Virus record (IMG/VR): IMGVR_UViG_3300032246_001967
Coordinates: 1-64,000 of that record
Strand: one strand, 5' to 3'
DNA: 64,000 nucleotides
Source: a virus
The notes under the pieces are model-generated. The model was not told the DNA's origin and made no database searches. It worked only from the letters and a program-made list of their open reading frames with translations. Shown here in pieces: positions 57,007-64,000 of this stretch. The position numbers were made by a program, and so were the translations under genes. Numbering within the stretch: position 1 is the stretch's first letter; every line of letters starts with the position of its first letter.

Positions 57007-57857
57007 TGGCTAAAGTAAGAAAACCAATCCCTAAAACTCAAAAAGAGATAGCTAATTCATTAGTTACTCCTAGTGATATTCAACAAGGTAATCCTAATTT
57101 ATCTCAAAATAATCCTAAAGATAGAGCTTTACAACAATCTTGGAGAGGAGATACAGTTAAACCTTATACTGTTGGTATTCAAGATATTGATGAAGCTGTT
57201 TTTTATTATTTCGAAAATGTAATTAGACCTACTGTAATACAAAATGAGGAAACTATACCTGTTCCTGTATTGTATGGTTCTCCTGAAAAATGGAAATCAT
57301 TTCAAAGAGATGGTTATTTAAGAGATTCAAAAGGAGATTTAATGGCTCCTTTAATTATATTTAAAAGAAATTCAATAGAAAAAAATAGGACATTAGCAAA
57401 TAAAATGGATGCTAATAATCCTAATAATTATGGTATATTTCAAAAATCATATGATTCAAAAAACGCGTATGATCCTTTTAATATATTAAATAATAGAAAA
57501 CCTGAAAAACAATATTATGCTGTAGTTGCTCCTGATTATGTGACAGTAACTTATTCATTTATTGTTTTTACTTATTATGTAGAACAATTAAACAAAATAG
57601 TTGAAGCAATTAACTACGCTTCAGACGCTTATTGGGGTAATCCTGAAAGATTTAAATTCCAAGCCAAAATTAATTCATTTGGATTCCAGACTGAATTAAA
57701 TGAAACAGCTGAAAGAGTAGTTAGAAGTACTTTTGATGTAACATTAAACGGTTATATCATTCCTGATAATATACAAAAAGGTACTAATGCTGTTAATAAA
57801 TTTAATAACAAAACTAAAACAACTATTTTCTTAGAAACAACTGATAATATAGATTAA
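57006..57857 (+). CDS. Tail terminator/sheath stabiliser (gp15-like)
   Basis: IPVPVLYGSPEKW, P.YVTVTY, QLNKIVE; gene order. Confidence 0.65.
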   Translation: MAKVRKPIPKTQKEIANSLVTPSDIQQGNPNLSQNNPKDRALQQSWRGDTVKPYTVGIQDIDEAVFYYFENVIRPTVIQNEETIPVPVLYGSPEKWKSFQRDGYLRDSKGDLMAPLIIFKRNSIEKNRTLANKMDANNPNNYGIFQKSYDSKNAYDPFNILNNRKPEKQYYAVVAPDYVTVTYSFIVFTYYVEQLNKIVEAINYASDAYWGNPERFKFQAKINSFGFQTELNETAERVVRSTFDVTLNGYIIPDNIQKGTNAVNKFNNKTKTTIFLETTDNID

Positions 57858-60800
57858 TGCCATTATTAAGTAAACCTGGTTTAATACCTGTTAAAATTGA
57901 GGGCCAAGGTAGTCAATTAACTACTCAGGTTAATAAAATTAATTTTACAGGCTCAGGAGTTACAGCTTCTGTAGGACAATTTAATGATGTAACTGTCACA
58001 ATTAATGCTTTAAGTACTACATCCGCTTCTTATGCTTTTTACGCTACAAGTGCCTCCTATACAGCTAATGCTTCTTATGCTACTACAGCTTCTTATTTTT
58101 CAGGAAGTATAACTAATGCACTCACCGCCTCTTATGTAAATCCTTTACGTCAAGTTGTTCAGATTACAGGTTCTCTAAACATTACTGGATCCACTTTTCA
58201 AACAGGAAATAACACATTAGCAGGAAATACAATCCTTTCAGGAAGCATTACAATCTCAGGATCAACAACGGTTCCTGCTACTCCTACTATTAAAGTGTAT
58301 GGAGATATGGAAACAAACGGGGTAATTAAATTTGATCCTGTTGTTAAAAATATAGATAATAGTATATCTGCATCTTATATTTATGTTTCCGGTTCAACAA
58401 ATGATCTATACTTTACTCAAAACGGAGAAGGTTACTCAAATACAACCCGTTTACGTTGGTTAGAAGGTAATTTATATACAGGTTTATTGAATGGAGGTTT
58501 AATAACATCAGCATCTTCTACTACTTTTAATATCAGCTCAGGTAGTGGTATTGTTGTTAATTTAAATGCATCTATAGGTGAAAATCCATATCCTACAGTA
58601 ACGTATGTAAATTGGAATTCATTTACTAATCAAACTTTAACTTATAGAACTTCATCAATTCAAACATTTATCGGTATTGATGCAAGCGGTAGTATAATTC
58701 AACAAACAACACCCTGGTCAGATGGCCAATATAATACATCTATTTCTATAGGAACTGTTTTACATCAAAATAAATCAACTATCAATGGACAAATTACTTA
58801 TCCTAACGTTGCTTATGGTTATAAACAGAGAACATATGATTTTATTAAAGCATTTGGACCACTAAAACTAACAGGTTATGCAATATACACAAGTAGTTCA
58901 TTAGGACTGACAGTAGGAAGTGGAACAGCATTTGCCGATGGTAGAAACTATCAAAATGACCCTAACAACCCATCTTATATTACGGATGCCGGAACTAATG
59001 TATCAAAAATATTTAGATATTATCAATCCGGATCAGATTTTGTACAGGATACAAATGGAGGTTTAGGATATACAGTGATAGATCCTGCTAATTTTAACCC
59101 TAATGGAACTGGTGTTTTAACAGGAGTAAGTCCTTCAAAATACACAATTCAGAGGGTATTTTATTATCCTAACTCTGCAACAAAAGGAATTGTAGTTTAT
59201 TATGGAAATACCGAATATGGAACTTTAGTTGAAGGTGTAGCTGGTATTCCAAATGAAACTTTTTTTGAAGTAGAAAATACAAAACAAAATGCAATTTATT
59301 TAGGAGCTATTGTTATTAAAGGTAATGCAACTTTTTTATCAACCCCTAATGTAGATTACCAAATAATAGCAGGTGGTTTATTTAGAGCAGGAGTAAGTGG
59401 TGGAGGTGGAGGAGGAGCATCACCTTCAGTAGCATTCCCATATACAGGATCAGCAACAATATCTGGTTCTTTAACAGTAGTAGGACCTATAACAGCAACT
59501 TCCTTTACAGGTTCATTGTTTGGAACTAGTTCATGGGCTACATCTGCTTCATTTGCTATATCAAGTTCTTATGTATTAAGTAGTTCATATGCTTTATCAT
59601 CTTCATTTTCTGCTACATCTTCTAATGCTTTAACTTCATCATTTCCTTGGTTCCAAACAGGATCTAATATAATAAACAGTGGAAGTGGTAACGTAGGAAT
59701 AAGTACAACAACTCCTACTCAAAAATTACATGTAGGTGGAGATATACAATTAAGTACTAATCTTTATTTCCAATCTTCAAGTAATAGTATTTTTGTAGAT
59801 CAAAATACAGGCACATATTTTAGGTTTAATTTAAATACTGCTGAAGTTTTACGATTTAACAGAGTTGGAACCGCAGCTGGTAAAATATCTATAGTACAAT
59901 TTTCTGCAGGAGTAACAGCGGCTACACAACCTGCATATTCATTTTCAGGTAGTGTAAACACAGGTTTGTTTTTATTTGGAACAGGAAAGGTAGGTATTTC
60001 AACAGAAGGTACTTCTAAAATGGTAGTAGACCAATCTGGTAGTGTAGGTATAGGAACAAATACACCTCTATATTTACTAGATGTTAATGGTACAGGTCGA
60101 TTTTCACAAAACGTACAAATAACAGGCTCAGGAACTAATAGTTTAATAGTAAAAGGATCAGGAACAACATCAGCAACTACTACCTTATTAATTCAAAATG
60201 CTAACAATACTGCTTCCTTAATAGTAACAGATAATAGTTATATAGGTATTGGCACAACAACACCATCAACACAACTAGATGTTTCAGGTTCTGGCAGATT
60301 TACAAGTAATTTAATTATAACAGGTTCTGTAGTAGCTACATCTTTTACAGGTTCATTGTTTGGAACTAGTTCATGGGCTATATCTGCTTCAAGAGCAATT
60401 ACAAGTTCATATGCTTTTTCAACACCCACTACTCCTAGTACGTTGTTTGTACAAGGATATTTAACTGGAAATCAATCTATTCCAAATAATACAGATACTA
60501 TTATTAATTTTGAAAGACAATATGATCTTAATTCATGGTTAGATATAGGTACTAGAAGATTTAAACCCACAATAGCAGGTTACTATTCAGTATCAATAGG
60601 AGCATGGTTAGAAAATCCAGCATCTCCAACAAACCAAGTTAATATACAAATAAGAAAATCAACAGGAGGAGGTCCTACAAGTACAGTAATGATTTTACAA
60701 CAACCATTAAATAACGGAACAGGTATTAGTTTAGCCGGTACTCGCATATTTTATATGGATGGCTCAACAGATTATTTAGATTTTACTATATTTCAAGGTT

Positions 60801-60883
60801 CTGGGGCTCCAAGAAATTTACTTTATGGAGGAACACCTGATGGGTCAGGAACTTGGTTTTCTGCTCATCTAATAACTATGTAA
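57857..60883 (+). CDS. Tail fibre protein with C-terminal C1q-like head
   Basis: GNVGIGTxTP...LxV repeats, ASYA repeats, F.PTIAGYY in the C-terminal domain. Confidence 0.75.
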   Translation: MPLLSKPGLIPVKIEGQGSQLTTQVNKINFTGSGVTASVGQFNDVTVTINALSTTSASYAFYATSASYTANASYATTASYFSGSITNALTASYVNPLRQVVQITGSLNITGSTFQTGNNTLAGNTILSGSITISGSTTVPATPTIKVYGDMETNGVIKFDPVVKNIDNSISASYIYVSGSTNDLYFTQNGEGYSNTTRLRWLEGNLYTGLLNGGLITSASSTTFNISSGSGIVVNLNASIGENPYPTVTYVNWNSFTNQTLTYRTSSIQTFIGIDASGSIIQQTTPWSDGQYNTSISIGTVLHQNKSTINGQITYPNVAYGYKQRTYDFIKAFGPLKLTGYAIYTSSSLGLTVGSGTAFADGRNYQNDPNNPSYITDAGTNVSKIFRYYQSGSDFVQDTNGGLGYTVIDPANFNPNGTGVLTGVSPSKYTIQRVFYYPNSATKGIVVYYGNTEYGTLVEGVAGIPNETFFEVENTKQNAIYLGAIVIKGNATFLSTPNVDYQIIAGGLFRAGVSGGGGGGASPSVAFPYTGSATISGSLTVVGPITATSFTGSLFGTSSWATSASFAISSSYVLSSSYALSSSFSATSSNALTSSFPWFQTGSNIINSGSGNVGISTTTPTQKLHVGGDIQLSTNLYFQSSSNSIFVDQNTGTYFRFNLNTAEVLRFNRVGTAAGKISIVQFSAGVTAATQPAYSFSGSVNTGLFLFGTGKVGISTEGTSKMVVDQSGSVGIGTNTPLYLLDVNGTGRFSQNVQITGSGTNSLIVKGSGTTSATTTLLIQNANNTASLIVTDNSYIGIGTTTPSTQLDVSGSGRFTSNLIITGSVVATSFTGSLFGTSSWAISASRAITSSYAFSTPTTPSTLFVQGYLTGNQSIPNNTDTIINFERQYDLNSWLDIGTRRFKPTIAGYYSVSIGAWLENPASPTNQVNIQIRKSTGGGPTSTVMILQQPLNNGTGISLAGTRIFYMDGSTDYLDFTIFQGSGAPRNLLYGGTPDGSGTWFSAHLITM
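59501..59551 (+). repeat. Direct repeat copy 1 (51 bp, 2 mismatches; 37 bp exact core)
   Basis: TTTACAGGTTCATTGTTTGGAACTAGTTCATGGGCTA at 59504 and 60344. Confidence 0.9.
60341..60391 (+). repeat. Direct repeat copy 2
   Basis: 840 bp downstream of copy 1, same frame. Confidence 0.9.
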
Positions 60884-60905
60884 AAAACTATAATATTTAT
60901 AACAA

Positions 60906-61478
60906 ATGGCAATATTATCAAAATCAGGTATAACTAACGGAGCAACAGTTCAACCAGGTCATGTTACTCAATCTGTAGACGCTTTTACAGGACTTGTAGC
61001 ATATGACATTACTTTATCAGGTTCATATACTTTAACAGGTAGTTTTAATCAATCAGGAAGCGCTAGAATATCAGGTTCACTTATTGTTAATACTGTTTCT
61101 GCTTCCGCATTAACTGGTTCTTTTACAGGACCATTAGTAGGTACAGCTTCAGGAGCTTCATATATAAACACTAATGTACCTTCTTTTAACCCTAGTGGAA
61201 GTGGAGTAAATTTCCAACCCGGTGGATTAGGAGTTTTAGCAGGTTCAGTTAAATTAGCTTCAGGTGTTAGTGCCGCAATTAATCCAACTGCTTTATCTGG
61301 AAAAAGATTTCAAACACAATATTGGGTTACTGCCACTAAAGCATCAGGTTCAACTTCTCCAAGCAATAATGCTTTAATGGTTCAAGAAACCGCTCCATCA
61401 GCTGGTTCATTTTTTATTAAAGACATTGGAGCTTCTACAAATGATGATGTGAATTTTATTATTGTTTATTTACAATAA
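60906..61478 (+). CDS. Short fibre/collar-like structural protein
   Basis: SGS/TGS-rich; late promoter at 60892. Confidence 0.55.
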   Translation: MAILSKSGITNGATVQPGHVTQSVDAFTGLVAYDITLSGSYTLTGSFNQSGSARISGSLIVNTVSASALTGSFTGPLVGTASGASYINTNVPSFNPSGSGVNFQPGGLGVLAGSVKLASGVSAAINPTALSGKRFQTQYWVTATKASGSTSPSNNALMVQETAPSAGSFFIKDIGASTNDDVNFIIVYLQ

Positions 61479-61577
61479 TAATATTTATATTTAAGGGTTT
61501 TTATTTAATTGGTTGTAAGTTAATCTTACTTTTGAGATTTTTTAACATATTTATAACAGAATAAAAACTAAAAGAAA

Positions 61578-63281
61578 ATGGCATCAACTTTAATATCACC
61601 TGGCGTATTAGCTCTAGAAAACGACCAGTCATTTATCACCCAACAACCAGTAACTGTTGGAGCTGCGCTTATTGGTCCTACTGTTAAAGGTCCTGTTGAA
61701 GTTCCTACAATTGTTACTTCTTACAGTCAATATCAGAATATTTTTGGTACAACTTTTCAAAGTTCAAGCCAAGTTTACACTTATTTTACTTCAATTGCTG
61801 CTTACAATTACTTCAATAATGGTGGTGAAACATTATTAGTAGCTAGAGTAGTAACAGGATCGTTTACTCCTGCTGAATCAACTCCTATTTCTGCTTCTAA
61901 CTCATCTTCTGCTGCTTTTTCATTAGAAACTTTATCTAAAGGTGTTATTATGAATAGTAGTTCAAGTTTAGCAAGTGATGGTACTTTACCAAGTGGTTCA
62001 TCAGATAATATTAGATGGCAAATTGTTAACTCAAATACTTCATCAGGTACTTTCTCATTATTAATTAGACAAGGTAATGATTTAACAAATACTCCAGTTG
62101 TATTAGAAACATGGACTAACTTATCTATGGATCCATTCTCACCTAACTATATTTCAAAAGTAATTGGTGATTATGCTTTAAACTATAACTCATCTAATAA
62201 CCAAATCCAAGTATCTGGTTCTTATCCTAATAACTCAAAATATGTAAGAGTTAAAGCTGTTAATTTACCAACACCTTATTATTTTAAGAATGATGGTACA
62301 TTTAAAGCTGAATATACTAGTTCAATTCCTTTAAATTCAAGCGGTTCATTCCAAAACGCAACTGGTAACTTATTTAACGGAAAAGCTCAATATTATAATA
62401 CAATCACTGACGGTAACTTCTCACAAGGTATTGGTAGTGCTAGTTATGATAATATGATTAATTTGTTGTCTAACGCAGATGACTACAAATTCAATGTATT
62501 ATTAACTCCTGGTTTATTTAATTCATTACAAACTTCTCAAGTAACAAATATTATTTCAAACACTCAAAACAGAGGTGATAATATTTTTGTATTAGACTTA
62601 GTACCTTACGATTCAACAGTTTCAACAGTAACTACTCAAGCTGCAACTCGTAATACTTCGTACGCCGCTTCATACTGGCCTTGGTTACAAACTATTGATC
62701 CTGATACTGGAGCTAACGTTTGGGTACCTGCTTCAACTATGATTGGTGGTGTTTATGCTTATAATGATTCTGTAAGTGAACCTTGGTTTGCACCTGCGGG
62801 TATTAACAGAGGTGGATTAGGAAATGTAATTAGAGCAGAACAAAAATTATCTCAAGCAAACAGAGATACATTATATCAAGGTAAAGTTAACCCAATTGCT
62901 ACATTCCCAGGAACTGGAGTTGTAGTATATGGTCAGAAAACATTACAAACTCAAGCATCTGCTTTAGACAGAGTAAACGTAAGAAGATTATTAATTGCTT
63001 TAAAATCTTATATTTCTCAAGTAGCAAATAACTTAGTATTTGAACAAAACACTATCGCTACTCGTAATGCATTTTTAGCTCAAGTTAATCCATATTTAGC
63101 TTCTGTTCAACAAAAACAAGGTTTATATGCGTTTAAAGTAGTAATGGATGATTCAAACAATACAGCTGATGTAATTGATAGAAACCAATTAGTAGGTCAA
63201 ATTTATATTCAACCAACTAAGACTGCTGAATTTATTTACTTAGATTTCAACATCTTACCAACAGGAGTAACTTTTGATTAA
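61578..63281 (+). CDS. Tail sheath protein (gp18-like)
   Basis: SPGV...E.D, YWPW, PWFAPAG.NRG, YGQKT, RVNVRRLL, FEQN, IQPTKTAEFI. Confidence 0.96.
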   Translation: MASTLISPGVLALENDQSFITQQPVTVGAALIGPTVKGPVEVPTIVTSYSQYQNIFGTTFQSSSQVYTYFTSIAAYNYFNNGGETLLVARVVTGSFTPAESTPISASNSSSAAFSLETLSKGVIMNSSSSLASDGTLPSGSSDNIRWQIVNSNTSSGTFSLLIRQGNDLTNTPVVLETWTNLSMDPFSPNYISKVIGDYALNYNSSNNQIQVSGSYPNNSKYVRVKAVNLPTPYYFKNDGTFKAEYTSSIPLNSSGSFQNATGNLFNGKAQYYNTITDGNFSQGIGSASYDNMINLLSNADDYKFNVLLTPGLFNSLQTSQVTNIISNTQNRGDNIFVLDLVPYDSTVSTVTTQAATRNTSYAASYWPWLQTIDPDTGANVWVPASTMIGGVYAYNDSVSEPWFAPAGINRGGLGNVIRAEQKLSQANRDTLYQGKVNPIATFPGTGVVVYGQKTLQTQASALDRVNVRRLLIALKSYISQVANNLVFEQNTIATRNAFLAQVNPYLASVQQKQGLYAFKVVMDDSNNTADVIDRNQLVGQIYIQPTKTAEFIYLDFNILPTGVTFD

Positions 63282-63321
63282 TTTTTTAAAATTTAAATAT
63301 TTATAATAAACAATAAATAAA

Positions 63322-63810
63322 ATGGCAGTATTAAATCCGAACGAAATATTTTTCACCGCCTTCGAACCAAAACAGGCGAACCGCTTTATCATGTATATTG
63401 ATGGTATTCCTGCATATGAAATCAAAGGGGTAGGTGCTATAAGTTTAACTCAAGGTACAGTTCCGTTAAACCATATTAACGTACAACGTTACGTTAAAGG
63501 TGTAACCAAATGGAATCCTGTACAATTTACTTTATTCGATCCTATCACTCCTTCAGGTGCACAAGCTGTAATGGAATGGGTTCGTTTACATCACGAATCA
63601 GTAACAGGTAGAGATGGTTATAGTGATTTCTATAAGAAAGACTTAACTTTCGACGTATTAGGTCCTGTAGGTGATATCGTATCTGAATGGGTATTAAAAG
63701 GAGCCTTTATTACTGATGCTAACTTCGGTGATTATAACTGGGATACTGTTGATACTGCTGTTAATATCACTATGACAGTACAACCTGATTATTGTGTGTT
63801 AAACTTCTAA
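63322..63810 (+). CDS. Tail tube protein (gp19-like)
   Basis: NRF, W..V..T..D, YKKD, W.LKGAF; follows the sheath. Confidence 0.9.
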   Translation: MAVLNPNEIFFTAFEPKQANRFIMYIDGIPAYEIKGVGAISLTQGTVPLNHINVQRYVKGVTKWNPVQFTLFDPITPSGAQAVMEWVRLHHESVTGRDGYSDFYKKDLTFDVLGPVGDIVSEWVLKGAFITDANFGDYNWDTVDTAVNITMTVQPDYCVLNF

Positions 63811-63830
63811 TTAATAAAAAGAAAATTAAG

Positions 63831-63859
63831 AAAGCTCGCAAGAAATTGCGGGCTTTTTT
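63831..63859 (+). terminator. Rho-independent terminator
   Basis: AAAGCTCGCAA-GAAA-TTGCGGGCTTT plus TTT. Confidence 0.8.
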
Positions 63860-63901
63860 CATTTCTATATATTTATATAGGACAATAAAGTTATAAATAA
63901 C

Positions 63902-64000
63902 ATGAGCGAATTTAATTTCCCAACAGAGGTTATAGATTTACCTTCAAAAGGTTTAGTATATCCTGAAACATCTCCATTATCTTCTGGTAAACTTGAAATG
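63902..64000 (+). CDS. Baseplate hub assembly protein (gp26-like), 3'-truncated
   Basis: MSEFNFPTEVIDLPSKGLVYP...; the LPS.G motif after the tube gene. Confidence 0.65.
   Translation, partial: MSEFNFPTEVIDLPSKGLVYPETSPLSSGKLEM

Noticed and set aside
5725-60429. All minus-strand ORFs in the track, plus the nested + ORF at 61657
   Set aside because: Short, fully overlapping well-supported + genes, with shadow-frame composition.
57857-60883. Diversity-generating retroelement or invertible fibre cassette
   Set aside because: Repeats are direct, mismatches are C/T rather than A-specific, and no reverse transcriptase or invertase is in the window.
1-64000. Stop-codon recoding as in some large phages
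   Set aside because: Core genes are intact and densely packed under the standard code; TGA and TAG act as stops (e.g. 3164, 32687).
1-64000. CRISPR array, tRNA or rRNA genes
   Set aside because: No regularly spaced repeats or cloverleaf seen, and intergenic gaps are small. tRNAscan was not run.

Overview
This window is part of a large, very AT-rich T4-like myophage genome. All credible genes are on the + strand and tightly packed. It holds most of the virion module: baseplate, terminase, portal, prohead protease, scaffold, major capsid protein, neck, tail fibres, sheath and tube. It also holds a gp55-like late sigma factor, primase, exonuclease, four GIY-YIG/HNH nucleases, a GH19 endolysin fragment, and metabolic genes (amidinotransferase-family enzyme, phosphatidylserine-decarboxylase-like enzyme, PhoH, FAD oxidoreductase). 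A Bacteroidetes host is inferred from SD-less A-rich starts, TTGG-N19-TATATT promoters, an Hc1-type histone-like gene and D-(S/T)-hydrophobic sequons. The most striking unexplained structure is a ~27 kb block of Lys/Glu-rich proteins with similar N-terminal leaders. One leader copies the scaffold C-terminus. Their domains are separated by [LIM]-x-E sites like those cut by the T4 prohead protease. This suggests a capsid-packaged, protease-processed cargo/polyprotein system. All calls were made by eye from motifs and gene order; no database searches were run.
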